Assembly (NCBI GenBank): GCA_963729895.1
Contig: CAVSQB010000022.1
Coordinates: 96,001 to 160,000, forward strand
Direction: 5' to 3'
DNA length: 64,000 bases
DNA from: an uncultured Fibrobacterota bacterium
Lineage (GTDB): Bacteria > Fibrobacterota > Chitinivibrionia > Chitinivibrionales > FEN-1185
Shown: positions 9,354-19,070 of the stretch, piece by piece
Numbering within the stretch: the stretch's first letter is position 1
Layout: every line of letters begins with the position of its first letter
Made by a program: the position numbers and the translations under genes
The notes under the pieces: model-generated
What the model saw: the letters and a program-made list of their open reading frames with translations, nothing else
Told to the model about the DNA's origin: nothing
Database searches by the model: none

Positions 9354-10358
9354 TTATGCTCCGCAGCACGCCGCAAGAAGCGATTGCCTGGTAACGCACG
9401 CGGTGCCGAGTTCCGCCACCGTGAGGCCGGCAGCATGGTTTGCCAGGAACGCAGCCTCAATCGGCTTCGCGTTGCAGGTGATTGCCGCCGAATAGACGCT
9501 TATCACCGTGTCCCCGGCCCCCGTGACGTCGAAAACGTTTCGGGCGACGGTCGGAAGGTGCGTATATGAGCCGCTGCTGCGTTCAAAAAGGGCCATGCCG
9601 CGCTCGCTTAACGTTATGAGCAGGGAACGCACGTTGAGCTTGCGTACAATGTCCCAGCCCAGGTCCTCAATGTCGGGATCATTGACAGGGGAAAAAGGGC
9701 GGCCGAGCGCCGCATGAGCCTCCTTGAGGTTGGGAGTGATGACGCTTACCCCTTTGTAAAGGTCGAAATGCCGTTCTTTTGGGTCAATCGCAACAAACAG
9801 GCCTTTCTTCCTGCAGGCGTTCAGGATGCGCGTAATAAAGGATTTCGAAACGACCCCTTTTGAATAATCGGAGACAATAACGCCCCGAACCTGGCGAAGG
9901 AGGGAAGTAAACCGTTCCCAGAGCATTGCCTCCTCGTCTTTTGTCAAGTCCATAACGGTTTCGCTGTCGACCCGCACCACCTGCTGATGGCGCGCCATGA
10001 TCCTGGTCTTTACGGTGCTTGCCCGCCGCGCCGATTCGATGAGCCCTTCCTGCGGGCAACCGGTTTGCGCCAGCTTTTCCCTGAGCGCCTTGCCCATGGC
10101 GTCGTCGCCGCACAACGAAACGAGGTGCGGGGTCACGCCGAGCGACTTGAGGTTCTGGACTACGTTGGCGGCCCCGCCAAGCCGGAAGGAGCGCGACTGC
10201 ACGTGCACCACGGGAACCGGCGCCTCGGGGGAAATACGGGCCACGTCTCCCCAGACGTATTCGTCGAGCATGGAGTCGCCCACGACCATAATTGACGAGT
10301 GGGAAAAGTCATTGATAATCCGCTTGAGACGCGCCAAAGAAATGTGCGGGATCCGCAT
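9354..10358 (-). CDS. rfaE1: D-glycero-beta-D-manno-heptose-7-phosphate kinase (RfaE domain I)
   Basis: GDSMLDEY.WG...RISPEAPVPVV, GGAANV, SDYSKG, ITPNLKEA and DVTGAGDTV motifs. Confidence 0.93.
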   Translation of the reverse strand: MRIPHISLARLKRIINDFSHSSIMVVGDSMLDEYVWGDVARISPEAPVPVVHVQSRSFRLGGAANVVQNLKSLGVTPHLVSLCGDDAMGKALREKLAQTGCPQEGLIESARRASTVKTRIMARHQQVVRVDSETVMDLTKDEEAMLWERFTSLLRQVRGVIVSDYSKGVVSKSFITRILNACRKKGLFVAIDPKERHFDLYKGVSVITPNLKEAHAALGRPFSPVNDPDIEDLGWDIVRKLNVRSLLITLSERGMALFERSSGSYTHLPTVARNVFDVTGAGDTVISVYSAAITCNAKPIEAAFLANHAAGLTVAELGTACVTRQSLLAACCGA

Positions 10359-10464
10359 GAAGTATATCCTTCCGCCGAACATGATGATGGGCCCGTTAGA
10401 GCCGTGCCGGTTGTGGTTCTCCGGGAGTACCGCAGGCCACAGAAAATACTTTTTTCCGCCCCGG

Positions 10465-11733
10465 TCAGCTATGTTTTAGACGCGCTATATCAACCCCCGA
10501 TTCCCTGAGCATTTCGGTTACGATCACAAACCTGTAGCCCAACAACTGCAAGGTATCGATGAGCTTTCCTACAATCAGATGGACCTGCGCGTTCTTTTGC
10601 GTCCTGGCGGTGCCGAGGTGCATGAGGATGATGCCGCCGCAGATGCCCGGGTCCGGGCCTTGGGCTAGGCCGACAATTTTGTCGTATACCTCCCGGGGCG
10701 TATGATATCCGGGGGTTTCGTCGTCGGGCGTCCAATCGTTGCTGTCCAGTCCGAGTTTCCAGGTTCTGCCCTGCCGCCATCCTACCTGGATAAATCCAGC
10801 CCGCTGAGCCCACGCGCAAATGACAGGATTGGATTCGCCGTAGGGCGCCCTCCAGAGCGGGGCAAGCGGCCTGCCGGCAAGGGACCTGAACACCGAGTCG
10901 GTCTTTGCCAGCTCTTCACAAAGGAGCGCCTCTGTCACGGAAGGTAAAATAGTTTGCGTATGGTCCTTGGCGTAGGAGGTAAGGTGCGGGTGAGAAAAGG
11001 TATGGCTGCCCACTTCGTGGCCGCCGGCAATGATACGGCCCACCATGTCCGGATGCTTGAGGATAAATCTGCCGGTGAGAAACATCGTTGCCTTGACATT
11101 CCGTGAAGCAAGGGTGTCGAGAATGTCCTGAGCGGCGTTTGCCAGATCGTTTCCGTCAAACGTGAGGCACACCAGACGCTTGGAGGTAGTTCCGTTGTCA
11201 AAAGAGATCGGAAGGCCTTCGATTTTCGGCACTGCGGTGAATCCGTGACGGCGGACAACCGGATTTTGTCCGGCTACGGGAGCAACGCCGGTTCCGCTCA
11301 TCAATGAATCCAGCCGATAGCGAAGCTCGGAAATCTCCAGGTTTCGTTGCTTGATCTGGCCCAGGAGCTCCAGTCTTTTTTCCTTGAGGGTTGTGTTCTG
11401 CGCCGAAAGATCCGCGGCCCGCCTCATGTTCCATGCGCCGAACGCAAGGATGCATAAAGCAAGCGCGCCCGCCGCGAAAAAAACCGGCACGGGGAGAGAG
11501 GAAACACGCACAGGCAGCCTTGTTGCCTCCGCCGGAGGGGAACACGCAGGAACGCTGCCGCCCAACGGGTGTGGCATTTCTTGAGGAACACATCGTACGC
11601 AGTAGAGGTGGCGGGAGATCCGTGCCGAACACAATCCGCAGACCCATGCCTTGCACATACAGCATTTCCCGATGGCGGGACGCTTCGGGTGGGTCCGGCA
11701 ATGATGGGCGGCTCTTCTTCTTCGAACAGGCAT
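10465..11733 (-). CDS. NodB-type polysaccharide deacetylase with N-terminal Cys/His (B-box-like) domain, TM helix and coiled coil
   Basis: LTFDG, HEVGSHTFSHP, RAPYG and LMHLG motifs; N-terminal CRTHP..AIGKCCMCKAWVCGLC...YCVRC. Start placed at ATG 11733. Confidence 0.8.
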   Translation of the reverse strand: MPVRRRRAAHHCRTHPKRPAIGKCCMCKAWVCGLCSARISRHLYCVRCVPQEMPHPLGGSVPACSPPAEATRLPVRVSSLPVPVFFAAGALALCILAFGAWNMRRAADLSAQNTTLKEKRLELLGQIKQRNLEISELRYRLDSLMSGTGVAPVAGQNPVVRRHGFTAVPKIEGLPISFDNGTTSKRLVCLTFDGNDLANAAQDILDTLASRNVKATMFLTGRFILKHPDMVGRIIAGGHEVGSHTFSHPHLTSYAKDHTQTILPSVTEALLCEELAKTDSVFRSLAGRPLAPLWRAPYGESNPVICAWAQRAGFIQVGWRQGRTWKLGLDSNDWTPDDETPGYHTPREVYDKIVGLAQGPDPGICGGIILMHLGTARTQKNAQVHLIVGKLIDTLQLLGYRFVIVTEMLRESGVDIARLKHS

Positions 11734-11802
11734 GTAAATAAAATACAAGGTTCTCGGGAAAAGCAAATGACGAATATGTGGAAGAATATGCAGGCTGAGG
11801 CA

Positions 11803-11838
11803 TTGAAGAATCCCGCAGTAAGCTGCGAGGGAAAGGCA
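11803..11838 (+). repeat. Partial copy of the dispersed palindromic repeat family
   Basis: GAAGAATCCCGCAGTAAGCTGCGAGGGAAAGGC aligns with GAAGAACCTCTCAGCAAGCTGCGAGGAAAAGGC near 49974. Confidence 0.7.
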
Positions 11839-11938
11839 ACGGCAACTCCGGGAAGAATAGGTTTGGAAATAGCGGGAAATCATTATTATCTTTAGGAAGC
11901 CGGAAAACGGAACTCCCCGGCAAATCGAGGAACCCATC

Positions 11939-12862
11939 ATGACTGTCCCAGGCATAGAATTCGTGCACGTCTGCAAAGACTACAGAAGGCACTTCTGGGA
12001 GAGAAAAAAGCCCGCCGTTGTCGATTGTTCCTTTGCAGTAGAGAAAGGAACGGTGACGGGCTTTGTGGGTCCCAACGGCGCAGGCAAAACGACGAGCATA
12101 AAAATGCTCCTGGGCCTCATTCGGCCGTCTTCGGGCCATGTGCTTGTCAATGGCCGCGATCCGTTGCTGCCTCGCTCCCGAAAAGGCCTGTCGTTCCTGA
12201 GCGAGCGTCCGTATTTTTATGACCATCTTACGGTGCGCGAAACGCTGCGATTCGCCTACGGTCTGCAGCGAGGCTATGCACAGTCAGGCGAAACGGAGAT
12301 CGCCCGGGCTCTCGAAGCGGTTGAACTCTCCGCCTCTCTGCGGACAAAGGTAAAGCACCTTTCCAAGGGAATGCAGCAGCGCCTTTCTATGGCCCAGGCG
12401 CTCTTGTGCAGCCCCGAGCTCTTTATCCTCGACGAACCGATGAGCGGGCTCGATCCGCTGGGGCGGAGGCTGTTCAGGGAAATCCTTCGCACTCTCGGCA
12501 AGGAAGGGAAGACCGTTTTCTTCAGCACGCATATTCTTGACGATGTGGAATCGCTGTGCAGCCACGTCGTGGTGCTGTCGAAAGGCCGGCTTGCCTATCA
12601 GGGGCCGCTTACGCACCTGGTGGGGCAGGAGCACGGAGCCACCGAATGTGTGGTGGCGGGGCTTGCCGATGCCGACCGGCAGGAGTTGTGCGCCAGGGGC
12701 TGCGCGGTAACGGCAAACGCCGACGGCAGCGACACCGTTGTTGTTCCCGCCGCCGGCGACCCAAAGGAATGCCAGCGATTCCTGTGTGCAAAGGGCCTGT
12801 TCTGCGAGTCCGTTTCGAGGCGGTCCGCCTCGCTCGAGGACATTATTTACAAAGGGAAATAA
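11939..12862 (+). CDS. ABC transporter ATP-binding protein (PilH/XapD-like)
   Basis: GPNGAGKTT Walker A, LSKGMQQR signature, ILDEPMSGLDPLGR and STH motifs. Confidence 0.92.
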   Translation: MTVPGIEFVHVCKDYRRHFWERKKPAVVDCSFAVEKGTVTGFVGPNGAGKTTSIKMLLGLIRPSSGHVLVNGRDPLLPRSRKGLSFLSERPYFYDHLTVRETLRFAYGLQRGYAQSGETEIARALEAVELSASLRTKVKHLSKGMQQRLSMAQALLCSPELFILDEPMSGLDPLGRRLFREILRTLGKEGKTVFFSTHILDDVESLCSHVVVLSKGRLAYQGPLTHLVGQEHGATECVVAGLADADRQELCARGCAVTANADGSDTVVVPAAGDPKECQRFLCAKGLFCESVSRRSASLEDIIYKGK

Positions 12863-12874
12863 GGAAACACGCGC

Positions 12875-13639
12875 ATGCGGCCGGTATTTGAAATCGCGGT
12901 CAACACGTTCAAGGAAACGGTACGCAACAACGTCCTGTACATCGTGCTTTTCTTTGTGATCGCGCTGATCGCTCTCTCGGTATTTGTCGCCGACTGGTCG
13001 GTATTTGCCCGGATACAGGTGATGCAGGATTTCGGCCTTTCCACGATGTCTCTTTCCGGATTGCTGCTGGCGGTGTTTATCGGCGTGGGCATGCTCGGAA
13101 GAGAAATGAGCCAGAAAACGGTGTATCATATCGTGACGAAACCCGTTTCCCGCGCCCAATTCGTGTGCGGAAAATTTGCCGGCCTTCTTGCCACGCTGCT
13201 GCTCAATTACCTCGCGATGTCCGCCATTTTCCTGGGCACGCTTTTGTATCTCGGCGGAACGGTAAAGCTCCCGCTTGTGTATGCCATCCTCCTCATCTGG
13301 GCGGAAATGTCGGTGGTCATTTCGGCTTCCATTCTGTTTTCCACGCTTACCACACCCATGCTTGCGTCGTTCTTCTCGCTCGCCTTCTACATTGCCGGCC
13401 ACCTTAACGATTTACTTTCAATAAAAATGGTTGAGGTTAAGGGATCCTTGTATCCCCAACTGCTCAGGGCCATTTACTACATTCTTCCGAATCTCGAACA
13501 TTTCAACGTTCGCGACAACATAATCTACGGAATTCCCCTGCCCATGTCTTACTACGGCTTTGCCATCATCTACGGCGTTCTCTACACGGCGTTGTTTCTC
13601 GCGTTGGCCTGCGTCTTTTTCTCAAAGAAGGACCTGTAG
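12875..13639 (+). CDS. ABC-2 type permease (PilI-like)
   Basis: IAVNTFKETVRN, DFGL, E..QKTVY..VTKPVSR.QFV.GKF and YYILPNL motifs, FSKKDL end; about six TM helices. Confidence 0.88.
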   Translation: MRPVFEIAVNTFKETVRNNVLYIVLFFVIALIALSVFVADWSVFARIQVMQDFGLSTMSLSGLLLAVFIGVGMLGREMSQKTVYHIVTKPVSRAQFVCGKFAGLLATLLLNYLAMSAIFLGTLLYLGGTVKLPLVYAILLIWAEMSVVISASILFSTLTTPMLASFFSLAFYIAGHLNDLLSIKMVEVKGSLYPQLLRAIYYILPNLEHFNVRDNIIYGIPLPMSYYGFAIIYGVLYTALFLALACVFFSKKDL

Positions 13640-14349
13640 TGAAACGCGCGTCCGTGCTTTTTGTCCCCGTACTCACGGCCGCATGCCTGATTTCACTGTG
13701 GTTTTTGGTCCTTTCCACCCAGAACAAGCTCACCGACATCCGGTCGAAACATCTGGCCCCGCCGAGCATGGCCTTTGTTCCGCAAAGCGAGAAGATCAAA
13801 CCATACCTCATGGGGTTTCACACCGCGTATGCCGATTATCTCTGGATACGAACCACGCTTTACTTCGGCTCCCACTTCCTTTCCGATCGGCAGTTCACCT
13901 GGCTCACTCACCTGGTGGACCTTGTGACCAGACTCAACCCGGATTTCTACCCGGCCTATGAATTTGCCGGTCTCCTGATTCCCGACGTTTGCGGAGACCC
14001 GGACGCAGCGCGGGTAATACTTGAGCGGGGTATTTCTTCCACCGTGCAGAACAAATGGAAACTGTGGTTCTATCTTGGCATGATCTATTACAGGTACTAC
14101 GACGACAAGAAGGACGCAGCGGCATGTCTGGCGCATGCGGTGTCGCAACCCGGCGCCCCGGGTTTCCGGCTTGCGGGAATTGCCGCGGCAATGTTCAAAA
14201 AGGCGGGAGCGAGCAGCGAAGGGCGGGACTTTCTTGAATTCATGTATGCGACAAGCGAAAACCCCGAGGTGAAACGATACGTGCTGGCAAAACTGAAGGC
14301 GTATGAAAAAGGAGAAATAGGCACCGGCCCAAACTCCCTGACTCAGTGA
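13639..14349 (+). CDS. Membrane-anchored TPR-like protein (PilG/XapA-like)
   Basis: ADYLWIRT..YFG, LVTRLNPDFY.AY and LERG...WKLWFYLG..YY motifs; translationally coupled to the permease. Confidence 0.7.
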   Translation: MKRASVLFVPVLTAACLISLWFLVLSTQNKLTDIRSKHLAPPSMAFVPQSEKIKPYLMGFHTAYADYLWIRTTLYFGSHFLSDRQFTWLTHLVDLVTRLNPDFYPAYEFAGLLIPDVCGDPDAARVILERGISSTVQNKWKLWFYLGMIYYRYYDDKKDAAACLAHAVSQPGAPGFRLAGIAAAMFKKAGASSEGRDFLEFMYATSENPEVKRYVLAKLKAYEKGEIGTGPNSLTQ

Positions 14350-14400
14350 CGGCGCGCAAGGGCTTCCTCTGCCGACTTCGCAGGTATCGAGGTCCTGCGG

Positions 14401-16023
14401 TTATTCCCCCGGCGATTTGCGCTTGAATACGGCAACCCAGTTCGATGCCTTAGGAAAGTATTTTCTGGCGTCCGTTCCCCACACATAGACAGTCTTCTGC
14501 GCCGAGACTATGTCCGCAACCCCTGCAATTTCGTACAAATCCTTTTGATAACGGTTGAACCATTCGAAGATTTTGGCGTATGAAGAGGGCCTCATAAGCC
14601 ATGACCCCTGGGAATTTACATACACAAGATATTTCGGCTTGGCCGCTTCGATTTGACCTATCATTTCGTTTTGCATTTGCAAGGCAAACGGATGCTTTTC
14701 CATCAACGCATAGGTGTAAATGTACCCAGATGCGGACTTTCGGTGGGCATAGAAGAAGATCTGGGGTTCGGAACCGAGGATTCCGATTTTATCATTTGGT
14801 AAGGACCAGCGTTCAAGCGAATCCGCAATCACGCACGATTCGGGAAATGGCGCAAGCCAGTATACAAGCCTGGAAACCCGAACCGGCGTTGCCCCAAAAA
14901 GAATAGTTCTTCCGACGAACAGGGGAACAGCAAAAGCCACGCTCACGATCGCGCCGAATACGAAAGTCCGCGCGCTTTTGGGAAGAGGTCGCTTTTCCAT
15001 AAGGGAAAGAGCGGCATTGATACCGATCCCGCACAACAGGGAAACCGCGGGAAGTATAAGAACAAAATATTGCTCCCGAAAATAGAGCCCCGGGCATATT
15101 GACGCAAAAGACAAGCAAAGAAACGAAACCATAAACAAGCTTCTTGCATGCGATGCCTTATCGAACGGCAAAGAACAGAGCCCTGCAAACCCCAGCAGCC
15201 AATAGAAAGGAGCCGCGGAAATGATATCGCCGATTGCATCCAAGAACAAATGTGCACCCACCCAAAGCGGAACCTGCGAAACGTATGCCTGCGCATAAGT
15301 AAATGTCCAGAACCAGAACCGCCCGAAAACTCCGGCGTGCCACATCCAGATGCACACGAGTACAAACGGCGTTGCGCAGCCTGCGCAAAATACCGCCAGG
15401 CGCGTGTCAAAAGGCCCCCATTTTCCGGTACGCTGTCTGCCCCCATGCAACACAAGGAGCAAGAATCCGAACACAACAAAAACGGCGCCGTGCTGCTTCA
15501 TGAGAAAGCAAGCCCCAAGCAGAAACCCGGACACGAGAAACAAGGCGATGCTCTCCTTCCGGACAGCCTTGAGTAAGAGGAAGATGCCGAACAGCGCAAA
15601 AACGAGGACAAAATGTTCGGCGTGCGCCGCCAATCCAAGGACAGAGGAACTAAGCGACATTCCGGCGAACGCAACGGCTGCCGAGATGCCGACCTCAGGA
15701 TTATAAAGCCGTTTTCCGATAAGGTAGACGGCAAGCGAGCACAGCAGGTTTACCAACAAAAGACCGAAATGGATGCCTGCGGCCGTCTGCCCGAAACAGG
15801 CAAGAATGGCCGCGTAGGCAAGGTAGATACCCGGCATTTTCATGTTGTAGGCTTGCGAAAACGGAGGAATGCCCTGCAAGATCAATTGGCCGGAATATGC
15901 GTATTCTCCTTCATCGCGTTCGAGCGGGACGGAGAGAAGATGAATGCGGATGACGAATGTGACAGCCAGGAAAACGAGGAGAAGGAGCAGGGACGACCGG
16001 GACTTGAGGAATGTCATTTTCAT
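14401..16023 (-). CDS. GT-C fold glycosyltransferase (ArnT/PMT_2-like)
   Basis: LERDEGEY acidic loop after TM1, KMPG.Y motif, about 11 TM segments, periplasmic C-terminal domain. Confidence 0.85.
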   Translation of the reverse strand: MKMTFLKSRSSLLLLLVFLAVTFVIRIHLLSVPLERDEGEYAYSGQLILQGIPPFSQAYNMKMPGIYLAYAAILACFGQTAAGIHFGLLLVNLLCSLAVYLIGKRLYNPEVGISAAVAFAGMSLSSSVLGLAAHAEHFVLVFALFGIFLLLKAVRKESIALFLVSGFLLGACFLMKQHGAVFVVFGFLLLVLHGGRQRTGKWGPFDTRLAVFCAGCATPFVLVCIWMWHAGVFGRFWFWTFTYAQAYVSQVPLWVGAHLFLDAIGDIISAAPFYWLLGFAGLCSLPFDKASHARSLFMVSFLCLSFASICPGLYFREQYFVLILPAVSLLCGIGINAALSLMEKRPLPKSARTFVFGAIVSVAFAVPLFVGRTILFGATPVRVSRLVYWLAPFPESCVIADSLERWSLPNDKIGILGSEPQIFFYAHRKSASGYIYTYALMEKHPFALQMQNEMIGQIEAAKPKYLVYVNSQGSWLMRPSSYAKIFEWFNRYQKDLYEIAGVADIVSAQKTVYVWGTDARKYFPKASNWVAVFKRKSPGE

Positions 16024-16261
16024 GACGCTGGTCGTGCACGCCTTTCCGGGAGGGAATACAAACGTCAAGGAACGTCATCAACAAAATATTTCATCCCGAC
16101 CCTGTGCGGTTAAATTTGCTGACGCATTCGGACCGGACGTTGATGAATCGTTCAACAGTTCATTGCCATAACCGCGTACGGATGCAGGCAACAGGGGCCT
16201 CTTCGCCGCGCGCGGGAGATACGGTAATAATTGATTTTGCAGGCATATTAATATATACTCA

Positions 16262-16412
16262 AATCGAAAGACCCCGCAGTCCCGCGGGACGGGGAAAAGG
16301 CCAATGACAGAATGTCCAGCGCGAAGCGCTATTACCACACCTTAGGGAATGAAATGACAATCTTCCATCACTATGGAAAAAGAAATATTTGAATTCGCTC
16401 GCTGTGGGATTC
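16262..16412 (+). repeat. Dispersed MITE-like element, near-identical to 49970-50124
   Basis: About 75 bp core GAAAAGGCC.ATGACA.AATGT..AGCGCGAAGCGCTATTACCACACCTT.GGGAATGAAATGACAATCTTCCAT shared with 49999-50073; both elements end in TGGGATTCA. Confidence 0.85.
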
Positions 16413-16534
16413 ACGCAGTGCTTTAAGCTTCCTGGATTTACGATTTCTGACTGTTCCGGCGGCATGCAACCGTTGATCTTGCCGGCACAGGCCCCAACAA
16501 TCCTTGGTTTCGGCACCGTTCGCCCGACACCCTT

Positions 16535-17968
16535 ATGAAACATATTGTCTTTGTAAACCCTCCCTTAAGTTTGGCTGAACGGTATGGGGCGCTGGCGAGC
16601 GCCGGCAGCACCATGCCGGCGCTCGGACTCTGTTGGCTTGCCTCCGTCTGTAGGCGCAGCGGATACAAGACCAGCATTATCGATGCCGCCATTAAGAACC
16701 AGACCTATGAGACCATTGCCGGAAGGATTGCGGAACTGCACGCCGAGTACGTCGGCATTACAGCCCTGACGTGCAGTATTAACAGCGCGTCACGCCTCGC
16801 TCTGGCCGTCAAGAAGAACAATGCAGGGATCCAAACGCTTATCGGCGGCCCCCATGTTACCGCCCTGCCCGAAGAAACCATGCGCATGTTCCCCGCTTTT
16901 GATACCGGTTTCCTTGGCGAGGGGGAAGAAACTCTTGTTGATTACCTTAAAGCAAGTGACTCCGGAGGCACGCTTGAAGATGTCAAGGGTCTGGTGTGTA
17001 GAAACGGAAACTCAATAAAGGTGACGGAACAGCGGCCGTTCATGGAGGACCTCGATTCGCTGCCGCTTCCTGCCTGGGATCTCCTGGAGGGCTTTCCGGG
17101 TTCCTATGCCCCAGCGGCGATCAGGTGCAGGCACCTGCCGGCAAGCCATATCGTGACCTCCCGCGGATGTCCGATGAAATGCACATTTTGCGACCGTTCC
17201 GTCTTTGGAAACCGGTACCGTTTTTTCAGCGTGGAATATACCCTTGAAATGGTACGGACCCTTGTGAACAGGTTTAAGGTTAGGGACATTCTTTTCGAAG
17301 ACGACAGTTTCACGCTTCACAAAAAAAGAGTCTTGTCTCTCTGCGAATTGATACAAAAGAACAATCTTCATTTTTCGTGGTCGTGCCTTGGCCGCGTTGA
17401 CACGATAGATGCGGAGTTGTTGCGGTCCATCAAGAAAGCCGGCTGCTGGCAAATCGGGTTCGGGATCGAAAGTGCAAACCCCGACGTTCTTGACGGCGTG
17501 GAAAAGAAAATCGATGTGGAAAAAATACGGCAGGCGCTTGCGCTGACCCGCGCCGCCGGGATCCGCACCAAGGGATTTTTTATTCTTGGATTGCCGCATG
17601 AGACGGAAGAAACCATGCGCGCGAGCATGCGTTTTGCCACGGAGGCAAAACTTGATGACATCAGCGTTTCCTTCTGCACCCCGTTTCCCGGCACGGCGCT
17701 GCTGGAAAAAGCAAACGAATTCGGCGATTTTGACCAGGACTTTGACAAAATGAACCTCATGCATGCCGTATTCGTGCCTGAGGGATTAACTAGAAAGCAA
17801 CTGGAAGAGAGCCATACGCGATTCTTCCGGCAGTTTTATCTGCGGCCCCCGATTGTTCTGGATTATTCTCTGCGTATTCTCACGGATATCGGAATCTTTT
17901 TAAGGATTGCGCGGGGAACCGTTTTTTTTCTTTTTGCGGCGTTACAACCAAAACGAAGCCAACAATGA
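16535..17968 (+). CDS. Cobalamin-binding radical SAM protein
   Basis: N-terminal B12-binding domain (PALGL, IGGPHVT, GEGEET); TSRGCPMKCTFC CxxxCxxC; GIES motif. Confidence 0.92.
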   Translation: MKHIVFVNPPLSLAERYGALASAGSTMPALGLCWLASVCRRSGYKTSIIDAAIKNQTYETIAGRIAELHAEYVGITALTCSINSASRLALAVKKNNAGIQTLIGGPHVTALPEETMRMFPAFDTGFLGEGEETLVDYLKASDSGGTLEDVKGLVCRNGNSIKVTEQRPFMEDLDSLPLPAWDLLEGFPGSYAPAAIRCRHLPASHIVTSRGCPMKCTFCDRSVFGNRYRFFSVEYTLEMVRTLVNRFKVRDILFEDDSFTLHKKRVLSLCELIQKNNLHFSWSCLGRVDTIDAELLRSIKKAGCWQIGFGIESANPDVLDGVEKKIDVEKIRQALALTRAAGIRTKGFFILGLPHETEETMRASMRFATEAKLDDISVSFCTPFPGTALLEKANEFGDFDQDFDKMNLMHAVFVPEGLTRKQLEESHTRFFRQFYLRPPIVLDYSLRILTDIGIFLRIARGTVFFLFAALQPKRSQQ

Positions 17969-18672
17969 CACAACTGGCAATCATTCCTGCGCACAACGAG
18001 GAAGAAAACATTGCCGCGGTCATCACCCAGGTGCGCGCCAATCTGCCGGATTTCAGGATTGTTATTGTCAACGACGGTTCCACGGACAAGACCGCACAGA
18101 TCGCAGTGGACATGGGCGCGGGTGTATTATCCCACCCTGTCAATATCGGTTATGGAGCGGCGGTACAGACCGGCTTCAAGTACGCCTGTGCCGGCGGGTA
18201 TACCACCGTACTGCTCCTGGACGGAGACGGTCAACACGATGCGCAAAGCGGGCCGGCGCTTATCCGCATGCTCGAAGAGCATTCCGCGGATATGGTCATC
18301 GGGTCACGCTTCATGGGAAACAACCACTACAGCTCCACCTTTGCCCGGTTCATAGGCAGGAACCTTTTTTCCCTCATTACCTTTCTGATCACGCGCAAGA
18401 ACTTTATCGATATCACGTCCGGATACAAGGCGCTCAACGCCCGGGCCGTTGCCTTTCTCGCCAGGAATTATCCGGTGGATTTCCCGGATGCCGAGGTCAT
18501 CATAATGCTGCTCTTGAACGGTTTCAAAATCGCGGAAGCGCCGGCAAATTTCAGACAGCGCCTGAGGGGGCATTCGATGTTTTCCCTCCCGAAAAAGGTC
18601 TATTACCCTTTCAAAATGTTGCTGGCAATCCTTGTTGTCGTGTTGCGAGTGGTTTTCAAAAAGGAGAACTAG
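17965..18672 (+). CDS. GT2 polyprenol-phosphate sugar synthase (DPM1/GacI-like)
   Basis: IIPAHNEE, VNDGSTD, NIGYGAAVQTG, DGDGQH, GSRF and DITSG motifs. Confidence 0.9.
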   Translation: MTQLAIIPAHNEEENIAAVITQVRANLPDFRIVIVNDGSTDKTAQIAVDMGAGVLSHPVNIGYGAAVQTGFKYACAGGYTTVLLLDGDGQHDAQSGPALIRMLEEHSADMVIGSRFMGNNHYSSTFARFIGRNLFSLITFLITRKNFIDITSGYKALNARAVAFLARNYPVDFPDAEVIIMLLLNGFKIAEAPANFRQRLRGHSMFSLPKKVYYPFKMLLAILVVVLRVVFKKEN

Positions 18673-18674
18673 GC

Positions 18675-19025
18675 ATGTCTTTGCGAGGCCAGCTGTTTAT
18701 TATCGCAATTTCCGTTGTCGTGATGCTCTACGTGCTCAATGCACTCAGGAAGAAAAAAATCAACGAGGAATACTGCCTGTGGTGGATTTTCATCATGGTG
18801 GCGACGGACGTTCTGGTCTTGAATCAGCACCTGCTTCTGAGAATCACCCACTTGATCGGCGCCCTGGTACCGATCTCAACGTTGACGCTCTTTGCTCTTG
18901 CCCTGATGCTCATGATCCTCATCTATTTTTCAACGAAGATTTCCGTGCTCACAAACCAGGTGAAAGAGCTCATACAGGCGTACGCGTTGCTTAAGAAAGA
19001 AGTCGAGGACGCGCAAAAGAAATAG
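18675..19025 (+). CDS. DUF2304 family small membrane protein (GacJ-like)
   Basis: Three TM helices, RKKKI.EEY.LWW and KISVL.NQVKEL.Q.YALL motifs; directly after the GT2 gene. Confidence 0.85.
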   Translation: MSLRGQLFIIAISVVVMLYVLNALRKKKINEEYCLWWIFIMVATDVLVLNQHLLLRITHLIGALVPISTLTLFALALMLMILIYFSTKISVLTNQVKELIQAYALLKKEVEDAQKK

Positions 19026-19070
19026 TATGGTATACCGCCGAACAAGGGAATCATTTCAGAGGGAACACAC

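Noticed and set aside
17907..19025. 372-aa ORF as a single gene
   Set aside because: The N-terminal part overlaps the GT2 gene out of frame; only 18675-19025 is DUF2304-like and has an RBS.
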